64,000 bases of DNA from an uncultured Acidobacteriota bacterium. Lineage in GTDB: Bacteria; Acidobacteriota; Terriglobia; Terriglobales; Acidobacteriaceae. The first letter of the stretch is position 1. The number at the start of each line of letters is the position of its first letter. Below the pieces are notes generated by a model. It was given only the letters and a program-made list of their open reading frames with translations. It searched no databases and was not told the origin of the DNA. A program made the translations under genes and the position numbers. This document shows, piece after piece, positions 10,892 to 21,488 of the stretch. The DNA lies in the NCBI GenBank assembly GCA_963771765.1, contig CAVYUY010000008.1, positions 10,890-74,889 on the forward strand, in the 5' to 3' direction.

Positions 10892-12531
10892 TCATCGACT
10901 TAGGCCTGCGGCGCCGCCTTTCCATGCGGCGTCAAATTGTTTCTGCACGAACCCCGCGTCGTACTCGCGTTTCTGTCGCCAGCAGAGCCTGATGAAGTCC
11001 GAAGAGCGAGCGCGGATTTCGCGGATTGCGCTCCAGATCTTCACGGAATACTTTCTCTGCGCCAGCGGCGTCGCCGGAGATCAGCAAGCGCGCTCCCAGC
11101 GACTCTCTCACCGGATAAAACCAGTCAGGTGGCTCTCCATAGTTAAGCTTGTCCTGGATGGCGACAGCATCGCGCAGCTGCGAGATCGCGTTCGCGGAGT
11201 CTTTCTTCGCCATCGCGATTTTTGCGCCCAGCACATCCTCGGCAATTTTCAGGATGTCTTTCGTCTTGTTGTTGATCGGGCATCTGAAAGATTGCATCGG
11301 GCGGGCGTTGCTGCCTCCGCATCGGAGACAAATTTGTATTCCGCTTCGGCATCGCGTGAGTTTGCCAGTGCCAGCCAACGCCATTCCCCGCCCGAAGTGC
11401 CAGAACACCGTGGTCGTCTTCATCGCGGGATCGGGCGCCGGCATTTTCAGAATTTCACTCCAATGATGGAAGCGAATTTCCACCGCCATCGGGATCGTCA
11501 TGAAGCCTTCGAGCGGCGGCATTTCTTTCACGTGCGGGCCGACGTTCGCCGCCAGCAGGTCCGCATTCTTCCGCGCTTCGGCATAACGGCCATTCATGGC
11601 GCCGCAGACCGCCACAAAGTGCAGGTTATGGCTGTAGTACATCATCGGGTAAATCCCCTGCGCGCCGCTCTGCTTGGATGTACGCTCGATCGACTTCGGC
11701 GGCCTGCTCGTTGGTCTTCACTGCCGCTTCGTAGTCGCCGGTTCGTATGTAAATGTGCGCAGGCATGTGCACGATGTGTCCAGCTCCTGGCGCCATCGCT
11801 GCAAGCTTGTTGGCGCCCGCCAGCGCGCGCTCGGGATTGTTCGAAGCCTCGACCGCATGAATGTAGTAATGGACTGCGCCCAGATGATTGGGGTCTCGCT
11901 TGATCACCGATTCCAGAGTCGCAACGATCTCTTCGGTTCCCGCTTCCGGCGTGCCGTCCTGATGCCATAGGCCCCAGGGATGCAAGTTCATCCCTGCCTC
12001 AGCGAATAACGTCGCGGCATCCAGATCGTCTGGATAGTCTTTGGCGACCTGCCGCATCGCGTCGCGATATTCCTCCGCGGCTTTGTGCAAGTCGGCATTT
12101 GGATCCGCCGGAAATCTTTTCGCCATCGCCTGAATGTAGGCCTGTTCGCTGGGCGAGGCGTTGCCGGAAAGATCCGAGGCCTTCTGGACGGCATCATGTG
12201 CATGCTTGAAACGGTCAGGATCGGCGGGATCGTTGTAGTTCGGGCCCACCGCTTCTGCGACTCCCCAGTACGCCATCGCGAGTTTCGGGTCGAGTTCGGA
12301 AGCGTGCTGAAACGAGCGCGCAGCCTCATCGTGGTTAAACGCGTAGATATAGCGCAGGCCTTGATCGAAGAATTTCTGCGCCTCCAGGTTACGGGTAGAG
12401 ACAGGATGGTGAAGATCTCCAAGGCCGCTGACCAGCGTGACCGGATGAGTCTGTACGTGCGCGGAATGATCTTGGGCTGCAGCGACAAGACACAGAGAAA
12501 CGACGCAAAGCATCCGAGCCAGAATCTTCAT
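10892..12531 (-). pseudogene. Secreted TPR-repeat protein, at least 5 frame lesions as assembled
   Basis: Track ORFs 11626..12552 and 10932..11645 plus a short frame excursion at 11143..11352. The likely start is MKILARMLCVVSLCLVAAA, with aaggagg 5 nt upstream of ATG 12531. The restored C-terminus ...QKREYDAGFVQKQFDAAWKGGAAGLSR stops at 10892-10894. Confidence 0.7.
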
Positions 12532-12660
12532 CTGGTCCTCCTTAGCATTCATTGTCAGTTCGAGCCCCAGTTACCAATGCGACGGAGATACGCCCCTTGC
12601 AGGTGCGCCAAGCTTATGACAAATTGAAACCTCTGCCAAGCGAAGAGCGCGGACATACCG

Positions 12661-13171
12661 ATGCCAAAGACACGCGTTGCCAACCCTGTTTCCGAGCCGT
12701 TTATCAACCGCCTTCCAGCCGCGTTGTTGAACGCTTTCGACATTAACGACCGCATCAATCTCTACATGATCGAGAATCTCCCCGCAGAAGCCTGGACCGC
12801 GAAAGCGCCCGATGGCAAAGGCCGGACGATCGCAGCCATCGTGGCGCATATGCATAATGTGCGAGTGATGTGGCTGAAGGCCGCCAAGGCCGATGAAATT
12901 CCCGAGCAACTCGATCGCGCGAGCGTAACTCCGGCTGCAGGCCGTGCGCGGGCTGGAAGCCAGTCGCAAAGCTCTCAATCCACTGATCCGGCGCGCACTG
13001 GAGAGCGATGGACGAATCAAGAATTTCCGTCCTGATGTCGCCAGTTTTGTCGGATATCTCATCGCCCATGATGCTCATCACCGCGGACAGATTGCCATGC
13101 TGGCACGGCAAGCGGGTCATGCCCTGCCGCAGAAGGCAATGTTCGGCATGTGGGAGTGGGGCTCTCGCTGA
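12661..13171 (+). CDS. DinB-family (DinB_2) metal-dependent protein; one frameshift
   Basis: 12661..13035 (…IAAIVAHMHNVRVMWLKA) plus 12944..13171 (…FVGYLIAHDAHHRGQIAMLARQAG). These are the typical DinB His motifs. The frames switch near 12940. Confidence 0.75.
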
Positions 13172-13249
13172 ACCGGCCTGAACCTACTCGGGCTCAGGTA
13201 CAATCCACCTTCAACTCTCCGCTACTGCAAACCGGCGTTCGACCACCGT

Positions 13250-14195
13250 ATGCGCAAAGCTGCCCTGCTTTACAATCCCGATTCCGGCGGAAGCAAGCAA
13301 CGCCAGCGCGAGTTGCAAGCTGCCCTTGAAGTCCTGCAGCGCGGTGGCGTCGACGCTCAACTGGTTCCCACAAGCTCTCCAGAACAAGCGGACGAGGAAG
13401 CGCGTCGATTCATCGCCAGCGGATGCGACACGATCTTTGCGTGCGGCGGCGATGGGACGGTCCACAACATTGTTCAAGTCCTGGCCAACACTTCGACAGC
13501 CCTCGCAGTTCTCCCCATGGGAACAGCCAACGCTCTCGCGCATGACCTTGGCATTCCAATTCATGCACCGGCAGCGGCGGAGGCAGCTCTTCAAGGGCGC
13601 ACGCGCCGGGTTGCACTGGGCCAGCGTAACCTGCCCAGACATGAAGGGGGTTGAACGAACTCTCTACTTTGTCATCACGGCGGGGATCGGCGTCGACGCA
13701 CACCTTTTCTATAAGTTGCAGAGTGGTGTGAAACAGAAGTTAGGCATGGCGGCCTACTATGCCAAGGCGTGGCATCTTTGGTTCACGTATGCCATGACAT
13801 GGTTTGGCGTTGAGTATTCTGAATCTGAGTCCGGCGCGACCAAGAGGGCGATGGTGACCGAGCTACTTGCGGTGCGAATTCGACAGTTTGGCGGAGTGAT
13901 TCGGGAATTCGCCCCCGGTGCGTCGATTGATCGTGACGACATGCGTTTGATCCTCTGCCATACGGGCAGCCGGCTTGCCTATCTGGCATACGTAACAAGA
14001 TGCCTTCTGGGAGGTTCATGGTCTATCCCGGGAATTGAGCTTGCATCGGCGACCAGAGTTTCCTGCGATTACGCGGAAGGAACATCGCATCAGCGGAAGA
14101 TTTACGTGGAGGCAGATGGCGAACTCATTGGAACGTTGCCTGCCAAGCTTACGATTGTCCCGAACGCTCTCACGCTGCTGGCTCCGGCCAAGTAA
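13250..14195 (+). CDS. Diacylglycerol/lipid kinase family protein (YegS/BmrU-like); one frameshift
   Basis: N-terminal part 13250..13654 with IFACGGDGTVHNIV and LAVLPMGTANALAHDLG. The C-terminal part is in the frame of 13326..14195. The junction is near 13625. Confidence 0.8.
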
Positions 14196-14258
14196 GAGCG
14201 TCAGATCCGCGCGGCACTGTTGAAACGAAGTCGGCCCACTTAGAATGGACATCATCTC

Positions 14259-15330
14259 TTGGAACCGATAACCCACTTTCTCACCGGCGCGTGCATGGGA
14301 CGTGCCGGACTTAATCGCAAAACCGCTCTCGCCACATTCACGCTCACGCTGGCAGCCGAGGCGCCGGATCTCGACGTGCTGGGTCGTATCCGCGGTTCCG
14401 CGTTTGCATTTGCTCACCATCGAGGATTCACTCACTCGTTCGTCGGGGTGCCACTCGACGCAATGCGCGGTGGTCGGATTCGTCTATCTTATTTGGCGTT
14501 TGCGGGGACGGAAGACGAACAATCCCAATCTGCCTCCGCGATGGGGGCTTCTCTTTCTTTACGCTTGCCTCGCCGGACTGAGTCACATTCTTCTCGATTT
14601 CACGAACAACTACGGAGTGAGGCCATTCTGGCCATTTTCGGAGAAGTGGTATTCGTGGGACATCGTCTTCATATTCGAGCCCATCATACTTGGCGTTCTT
14701 CGTGCTGGGTCTTGTACTTCCGGCGCTGTTTTCCTTGGTCGACAGGGAGATCGGAGCCCGTCGAACAGCTTCCACGAGGGCGGATTGCCGCCACACTCGC
14801 GCTGATCGGAGTCGTCTTGCTATGGGGATTTCGGGACTTCGAACATCGCCGGGCAGTGAATGCCCTGGAAGCGCGTACTTATAACGATGCCGACCCAGTG
14901 CGCGTCTCCGCCTATCCTCACTGGGTCAATCCCTTTCAATGGGATGGAGTCGTAGAGACTTCCTCATTCTTTGCGCTGGCGTCGGTAGACTCGCTGGGTC
15001 CCGAGGTGGATCCCGAGGGGCGACTCGACATTCGCTACAAGCCTCAAGAAACGGCGATCACGCTCGCCGCGAAGAAGTCCTACTTGGGAAGGGTGTTCTT
15101 GGATTGGGCGAAGTATCCGGTGACCGAAACGGAGGTTCTGGCGCCCGCCTCAAGACGGATACATCGTCCGCTTTCAGGATTTGCGCTTTGTCCGGGTTCC
15201 AACCGCGCTCAACAGGGGCGGCCAGCGACGCGTTCTTGGCGTTGCCGTCAAATTGGACAAGAATTTGAATGTCGTTGGCGACGTGACTGGCCCGGACGGC
15301 AAGGAAGTGGTCACGCCTGAGCCGCAATAA
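14259..15330 (+). pseudogene. Membrane-bound metal-dependent hydrolase (YdjM/LexA-regulon type) with an extended C-terminal domain; at least 4 frame lesions
   Basis: MEPITHFLTGACMGRAG...APDLDVL...HRGFTHSF (14259 frame), then LSHILLDFTNNYGVRPFWPFS (14302 frame), then the 14690 frame, back to the 14259 frame. The final segment ...VKLDKNLNVVGDVTGPDGKEVVTPEPQ ends at TAA 15328-15330. Confidence 0.65.
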
Positions 15331-15441
15331 CCTAGCGTTTTGGCGGCCCGGTCGAAGTCAAGCGCTTGTAACATTTTGCCCTGTCCCTTGACGCCACGGC
15401 TCAACAACGCCCAGAATAGTGATTCGTCTCAGGAGTGCCTC

Positions 15442-16007
15442 ATGCTTCCCTATTTATTTGTGCTGCTGGCTATCGCGGTTCGGTTTCCTTCCCTTTGCAG
15501 GGCCTTTGAACTTCCTGCCTCACGCGTGGCACTTCACGCCTTTGGCAGCCTCGCTTCTGTTCTTTGGAGCGCGTGGTTCGCGGCGTCAGTTGTGGATTCC
15601 GGTTGTCCTGTTCGCGGCGACGGACGTGATCCTGACCAAGTTCGTTTACTCCTACGTCCTCTCCTGGGACTCGCTGGTCACGTGGGCATGGTACGCTGCG
15701 ATTGTGTTGCTCGGATCCTACATTCCTCCGCGAGAAATCTGGCGTTCTGCGCGTGATTGGCGCCGCGCTGGCCAGTTCGATTTCATTTTTCCTGATCAGC
15801 AACTTCGCTGTCTGGGCCGCGTTCCCTCAAATGTATCCTCGCGGATTCAGCGGGCTCATGATGTCCTACACTGCGGGAATCCCGTTCTTCCGCGGCACGC
15901 TCGAAAGCGATCTGTTCTTCTCGCTCGCGATGTTCGGCACGCCAGTGTTGTTGCACGCTCTCTCTGGCCGCATGAATCATTCCGACGACCACACCGCTGC
16001 GGCCTAG
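15442..16007 (+). pseudogene. DUF6580-like small integral membrane (putative transport) protein; 2 frame lesions
   Basis: The ATG at 15442 has aggag 6 nt upstream. MLPYLFVLLAIAVRF / LPFAGPLNFLPHAWHFTPLAASLLFFGA... / ...FLISNFAVWAAF...TAGIPFFRGTL are read across three frames (track ORFs 15340, 15419, 15702). Confidence 0.6.
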
Positions 16008-16012
16008 TTGAA

Positions 16013-16693
16013 TCAAGAGTGTGAGTAACGTGCTCCGGCTAGTGGGCGAAGCTTCGTCTTCAGGGCTGAGGTTCCTGATTCTCCAAGCCGGACTTTCTTG
16101 ATCTGATAGACCAGGAACCAGACACAAAAGCCCGCGCCGACCACGGCCAAGATCAAGATCCAGTGCTGCTTGACCACCCCGCCGAAAAGACCCACGATTT
16201 GCGGTCCGAAGTAGAGAACGAGCAGAGACAGGGTCAAAAATCGCACACACCTTCCGGCGAAAATCGCCACCAGAAAATCTCGGAACTTCATTTCAAACAC
16301 GGCCGCGCCCAGGACGAAGATCTTGAACGGCAGGGGTGGCGGCAGCATTCCTGGAAACATGAGCGCCCAGAATTCATGCTTCTCGAATGACCGGTGAATC
16401 TTCAGGAAGCGCTCTTCTGATATCCGCTTGCGCAGAACCTTTTCGCCGCCCGCATATCCGATCAGGTAGAGCGGTATGCTCCCTAGCGCCGAGCCCAGTG
16501 CGGCTATCGCAACGTATAGCAGGATTCTCTTGCGGTCCTGATAGACGTAGGTCGCCACGATAAAATCCACGGGCATCCCGATCAGCGCGCTGTCGGCGAA
16601 CGCGATCACAAACACTCCCCAGATCCCCAGCAGTTTCATCATGCCGAGAATCCAGACGGTATAGCGCGCGAAAATGTGTCCGATGGTCTTCAA
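16013..16693 (-). CDS. YqaA/DedA-related (VTT-domain) membrane protein
   Basis: Intact 226-aa ORF with several hydrophobic spans and the motifs FADSALIGMPVD and PFKIFVLGAAV. Confidence 0.7.
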   Translation of the reverse strand: MKTIGHIFARYTVWILGMMKLLGIWGVFVIAFADSALIGMPVDFIVATYVYQDRKRILLYVAIAALGSALGSIPLYLIGYAGGEKVLRKRISEERFLKIHRSFEKHEFWALMFPGMLPPPLPFKIFVLGAAVFEMKFRDFLVAIFAGRCVRFLTLSLLVLYFGPQIVGLFGGVVKQHWILILAVVGAGFCVWFLVYQIKKVRLGESGTSALKTKLRPLAGARYSHS

Positions 16694-16819
16694 AGCAACC
16701 CGTAAGTGTACGTGATGACAATCGAGGTGTCAGTCCGCAGGTCGCTTGAGATCGGCCCCGGGTAGTATGTAGGACGTTCGGAGCGAAAATATGCCTGCTA
16801 TCATCGCCGGGGCCTCGAA

Positions 16820-18271
16820 ATGAAAACTATCTTGCTCGTCAGTTTGCTCCTCGCCTGTTCGTTTCTCTCAGCTCAACAATACGATCTCGTAATCGAGGGC
16901 GGCCGAGTCATGGACCCGGAAACCGGGCTCGATGCCGTTCGCAACGTCGGGATCCGCGATGGTCGACATCGCGAAAATTTCGGACACGCCGCTCAAAGGA
17001 TCTCGCAATTCATTCATGCAGCCGGCCTCGTCGTCGCACCTGGATTTATCGACGTTCACCAACATGCGCAGGACCTCGCCAGCCAGCGTGTCAAGGCCTT
17101 CGACGGAGTTACCACTGCGCTTGAGATGGAAATCGGCGCCGCCAATGTCGCGAGTTTCCTCAAATCCAAGGAGGGCCACTCGCTGATCCACTACGGCACG
17201 ACGGCCAGTCATTTGTCCGCTCGTGCGCTCGTTTTCGGAACTCCTCTACCGGACGACACGATCTTGCCGAAAAGCGGCCCGGCCACCGACACTCCGGCCA
17301 CACCAGAACAGATACGGCAGATTCAGCAGAGGCTCCGGGAGGAACTGGATGCCGGGGCCCTCGGAATCGGGATGGGAATTCAGTACGCCCCCGCGGCGAC
17401 ACGACTTGAAGTCATCGATATGTTCCGCGTCGCCGCCGAACGCAAATTGCCGGTATATACCCACATGCGCAGCGCCGGACATGTTGAGCCCGGCTCAGAC
17501 TTTGAGTCCGTCGAGGAAGTGATCGGGGCAGCCGCCATTACGGGAGCGCCGCTTCATATCGTTCACATCAACAGCACCTGCCTTGTCGACTCGCTGGAGT
17601 GCATTTCTTTGATCGAAGGGGCTCGCGCGCGGGGTCTCGACGTGACGACAGAGGCCTATCCCTACATCGCGGGCATGACGGCCATCAATTCAGCGCTCTT
17701 CAATCCGGGCTGGCAACAAAGGCTTAGCGTCGACTATGGCAGTTTGGCGCTTCCCGATACCGGAGAACGGCTGACCAAGGAACGCTTTGACGCACTGCAT
17801 AATTCCAGCAAACAGCAGATGATTCTGATCTACGCGAACACGCAGGAGGTCGTCGACGCTGTTATTCCGAATCCGATCATCATGATCGCCAGCGACGGCC
17901 TTGAAGGACATCCGCGCAACGCCGGCACTTTCTCGCGCGTACTGGCCCAGTACGTTCGGGAAAAGAAGACCCTGACCCTGATGGAGGCTCTTCGCAAAAT
18001 GACGCTGATGCCGGCGCAAATGCTGGAGCGCTCCACTCCAGCAGCTCGTCGAAAAGGACGGCTCCAGGAAGGTGCTGATGCCGACATCGTCGTCTTCGAT
18101 CCCCAAACCATCAGTGACCGTTCGACATTCGAAAAACCGATGGAACCCAGTGTTGGCGTACGGAATTTACTCGTCGGCGGGAAGCTGTTGATTGATGACG
18201 GAAAGATGGTTCCCAACGTGTTTCCCGGACACGCGATTGTAGGCCCCGGAAAAGTTGGCGTTGCGCACTAG
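16820..18271 (+). CDS. Secreted amidohydrolase family protein (N-acyl-D-amino-acid deacylase-like)
   Basis: 483 aa with a signal peptide. It has YDLVIEGGRVMDPETG, PGFIDVHQH (metal-binding HxH) and a C-terminal ADIVVFDP. Residues encoded by ~16964-17015 look like a compensated double frameshift (see findings). Confidence 0.8.
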   Translation: MKTILLVSLLLACSFLSAQQYDLVIEGGRVMDPETGLDAVRNVGIRDGRHRENFGHAAQRISQFIHAAGLVVAPGFIDVHQHAQDLASQRVKAFDGVTTALEMEIGAANVASFLKSKEGHSLIHYGTTASHLSARALVFGTPLPDDTILPKSGPATDTPATPEQIRQIQQRLREELDAGALGIGMGIQYAPAATRLEVIDMFRVAAERKLPVYTHMRSAGHVEPGSDFESVEEVIGAAAITGAPLHIVHINSTCLVDSLECISLIEGARARGLDVTTEAYPYIAGMTAINSALFNPGWQQRLSVDYGSLALPDTGERLTKERFDALHNSSKQQMILIYANTQEVVDAVIPNPIIMIASDGLEGHPRNAGTFSRVLAQYVREKKTLTLMEALRKMTLMPAQMLERSTPAARRKGRLQEGADADIVVFDPQTISDRSTFEKPMEPSVGVRNLLVGGKLLIDDGKMVPNVFPGHAIVGPGKVGVAH

Positions 18272-18292
18272 CGCATAGCCGGCCGGGAAAAC

Positions 18293-18808
18293 TTAGCTGT
18301 GATCCGTCTTCCCGCCAAGCAGATCGAGCGCGTGCGGCAGCAGATCCAAAACGGCTTCGAGAGACTCGACGGCGCCTGCGGGACTTCCGGGCAGATTCAA
18401 GATCAGGCAAACTCCTCGTGTTCCACAAACTCCCCGACTCAGAGCTGCGAGCGGCGTCTTCTTCATGCCCTCGCTGCGCATGCGCTCTGCCACCCCGTCT
18501 AAAAGGCGCTCGCAGACAGCTGCTGTAGCTTCTGGGGTGATGTCCCGCGAGGCGATCCCAGTACCACCAGTTGTGACGACGAGTCTCACTTCGCGCGCGA
18601 GCAGGATCAGCAGATTCTGAAGCTGGACGGGATCATCCGAAACAACATGGCGCTTCGAGATCGAGAAGTGGTTGTTCTCTAGAAGTTGCGCAACGGCTGG
18701 CCCTGAGCGGTCTTCTCGTTCGCCGCGAGAGCAGGAATCACTCACCGTCACAACAGCCGCCGTGCGAACGGAGGTGGATTTAGCCGTCGAGGAGGACATC
18801 TTCTTCAT
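18293..18808 (-). CDS. MogA/MoaB family molybdenum cofactor biosynthesis protein
   Basis: 171 aa with [28 protein letters not shown] and LNLPGSP. Its ATG overlaps the upstream stop (ATGA at 18805-18808). Confidence 0.8.
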   Translation of the reverse strand: MKKMSSSTAKSTSVRTAAVVTVSDSCSRGEREDRSGPAVAQLLENNHFSISKRHVVSDDPVQLQNLLILLAREVRLVVTTGGTGIASRDITPEATAAVCERLLDGVAERMRSEGMKKTPLAALSRGVCGTRGVCLILNLPGSPAGAVESLEAVLDLLPHALDLLGGKTDHS

Positions 18809-19623
18809 CGTCCCCTCTGCGGGCGGCTGGAGCGGGGTTTGGAACGGTTGCGGGCAGCCGCTTCCGCCGCGGCAGTGGGTGCAGGCTCAGGTTCCCCGCC
18901 GCCGTCACGCGAGGACTCGTCGAGCAATCGCAGCCCTTCCATCAGAAGCCCTTGGGTGTTGAGTTGTGTCGTTTCCTTGTCCGTCTTGCCTTCGAAATCG
19001 AGTTGGAAGCTCCCGCCGGTCCAACGCAGAACTTTGAAAACAGCTGCATCGCCGACGAGCGATCCATAGGTCGCGTGCTTCACCTGGCCTTCGGCAAAAA
19101 AGACTTCACATTTGTCACCGTCGTTGCTCAACGAGAGCTGGCAGCTCTTTCGACCCATCTCGAGCGATTGCATCAAGTCGATCACATTCATCTGTGCGAG
19201 ACTCCCGCGCACGACTCCGTCCGAAGGAGCGGTCTTCGCCATTTTCTCAAGAGCGATGCGGTCGATCATGCGCTTCACGCGGCGGGTCGCATCCTTCAGA
19301 AAGAATGGTTTCTCGAGGTAGTCGTCTGCCGCATCCTGCGGCGAAAGACGCTCGGCGATGTCAGACTTGCTCGCCATCAACACCGTAGAAAAATTAGCAG
19401 TGGCAGGCCGGCTTTTCAGCTTCTCGACGAGCTGGCGCCCATCCATTCCTGGCATCCGATAGTCGCAGACAAGCAGATCGGGAGCGTCGTCCACGGCTTT
19501 CAGCAGCGCGTCGGCGGCGTCCGTCGCAGTCGTGACCTTCGCGAGCGAGGTCAACGCCTGCTGCAGCATCGACAGCACCATCGGATTGTCATCCACCACC
19601 AGCAGTTTGACGTTGTCAGCCAT
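18805..19623 (-). CDS. Response regulator: receiver domain fused to a DUF4388 (PATAN-like) domain
   Basis: [15 protein letters not shown]...[14 protein letters not shown]...LEKPF make up the receiver. [24 protein letters not shown]...[11 protein letters not shown]...[11 protein letters not shown] make up the DUF4388 signature. Confidence 0.8.
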   Translation of the reverse strand: MADNVKLLVVDDNPMVLSMLQQALTSLAKVTTATDAADALLKAVDDAPDLLVCDYRMPGMDGRQLVEKLKSRPATANFSTVLMASKSDIAERLSPQDAADDYLEKPFFLKDATRRVKRMIDRIALEKMAKTAPSDGVVRGSLAQMNVIDLMQSLEMGRKSCQLSLSNDGDKCEVFFAEGQVKHATYGSLVGDAAVFKVLRWTGGSFQLDFEGKTDKETTQLNTQGLLMEGLRLLDESSRDGGGEPEPAPTAAAEAAARNRSKPRSSRPQRGR

Positions 19624-19640
19624 GGATTCGTTCGGCGGTG

Positions 19641-20111
19641 CTATTTGCTGCGCCGATATTCGCCGCTCTTTCCTCCGCTTTTGCGCTCCAATGCGATTTC
19701 CCGGATTTCGATTCCTTTGTCGGCAGCTTTGAGCATGTCATAGAGCGTCAGGGCGGATACGCTGACCGCCGTCAACGCCTCCATCTCCACGCCAGTTTCC
19801 GCCGTAGTGGTTACTTTGGAGGTAATAGCGACGCCATTTTCGCACACGCGCAAATCGACATCAACGAGCGAAAGCGGAAGAGGATGACACATCGGAATCA
19901 GATCGGAAGTTCGCTTCGCGGCCATGATTCCGGCAATTCTGGCAACTTCCAGCGGATCGCCTTTGGGATTTTGCGGGAGCGACGCCAAAACATCGGCGGA
20001 GATTGCGACAAATCCACTGGCTTCGGCTTCGCGCTTCGTGGCGGCCTTGTCGGAGACATCCACCATGCGGGCACGCCCTGAGCGATCGTAGTGCGAGAGT
20101 TTCTTCGGCAT
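19641..20111 (-). CDS. moaC: Cyclic pyranopterin monophosphate synthase MoaC
   Basis: 156 aa with ARMVDVSDK, IAGIMAAKRTSDLIPMCHPL and GVEMEALTAVSVSALTLYDM. Confidence 0.9.
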   Translation of the reverse strand: MPKKLSHYDRSGRARMVDVSDKAATKREAEASGFVAISADVLASLPQNPKGDPLEVARIAGIMAAKRTSDLIPMCHPLPLSLVDVDLRVCENGVAITSKVTTTAETGVEMEALTAVSVSALTLYDMLKAADKGIEIREIALERKSGGKSGEYRRSK

Positions 20112-20175
20112 GCTGACGCCAAGCTGCGCTGTCGCTATCTTACATGGAACAAACCACCGCCTGTTACGCGGGACT

Positions 20176-21460
20176 CTAGCGCATCATGATCGGCACGAAC
20201 TCGCCAGCGGGAATGGTTTCGCGATCCGGCGGGATCACGATATAGCAGTTCGCTCGCGCAGTCGCCGCGATGTCACCCGACCCTTGCCACTGCACAAGGT
20301 CCACCTGCGAACTCTCAAATTCACCGGATAGCATTGCCGGAAGGAATCGTTTCAGCCCGGTCTTCACGCGAATTTCTGATTTCAGCTTTGCGTAGACAAA
20401 GATTAGTTTTCGCGGAGACATCCCTGCCAAACCTTCCAGCACGGGCCGCGCGAATAGTTCGAATGTCACCATCGTCGAAACTGGATTTCCCGGAAGCCCG
20501 AAAAAGTACTTCGCGGCGAGCCGCGGGACCTCCACTCGTAGCGCTCCGCATCTGCCAAACACAATCGGACGTCCAGGCTGGATCTTGGCTCCCGTAAAGA
20601 AGAACTCTGCATTCAGTTCTGAGAGAACTTGCTCGACCAGGTCGTAGCGGCCCATCGAAACTCCGCCTGTCAGAAGAAGCAGATCGGCTTTCAAGCCTTC
20701 GACAATCAAAGCGCGGAGTCTTTGCGGCTCGTCTGGAGCTGTCGGAAGTAAGAGTGGATCCCCTCCGGCATTTCGGATCTGCACCGCCAGCGAATAGCTA
20801 TTCGAATTCCGAATCTGCGTCGGCCCCGGAGACGCTTCGACATCGACGATTTCGTCGCCGGTAGTCAGGACCGCCACGCATCGGTCGCTTATAAACCAGT
20901 AACTGCGACTGCCCCGCCGAGGCCGCCAGAGCGATTGCGGCATCGTTCAGCCGGGTGCCTCTCGCAACGAGCACCGCTCCCCGCTTCGCCTCCGCTCCGG
21001 CCGGCACAACGTTCTCGCCGGTACCGACGCCCCTTGTGATCTGAACTCTGTGCTCCTGCTGCGACGTGTATTCCACCATCACCACTGCATCCGCGCCTTG
21101 CGGAACAGGCGCCCCAGTCATGATCGAGACGCATTGTCCGGCTCCGATATGGGAAGGAATTTTCTCGGGATCTTCTCCCGCTTTGATTTCACCGATCGAT
21201 TCGAGCGCTGCAGGCAGCCGCGACAGGTCCGACGATCGCACCGCGTAGCCATCACGAGTGGAACGCGGAAATGGCGGCAAGTCACGATCGGCGAGGATTG
21301 GCTCAGCCAAGACTCTTCCCGCAGCCGCAGTCAATGGAATCAATTCCGTTTCGGATGGATGAACGTTGCCCGCATGCTCCTCAACCATATGACGAGCATC
21401 CTCGAAACTCAGGATTTTCGGTTGTGTCGGAGCACTCCCCATGGGGAGATCATAAGGCAA
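20176..21460 (-). CDS. moeA: Molybdopterin molybdenumtransferase MoeA; one frameshift
   Basis: The N-terminal ORF 20798..21460 (…STRDGYAVRS…IMTGAPVP…) and the C-terminal ORF 20176..20943 (VAVLTTGDEIV…LLLTGGVSMG…GLPGNPVS) join if one base is dropped at ~20881. Confidence 0.85.
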
Positions 21461-21488
21461 GAAAGGCTAGGAAGAATCAGGGATAGCT

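Noticed and set aside
21461-21488. Possible Moco riboswitch upstream of moeA
   Set aside because: The gap to pilT is only 28 nt, far too short for the ~130-nt Moco motif.
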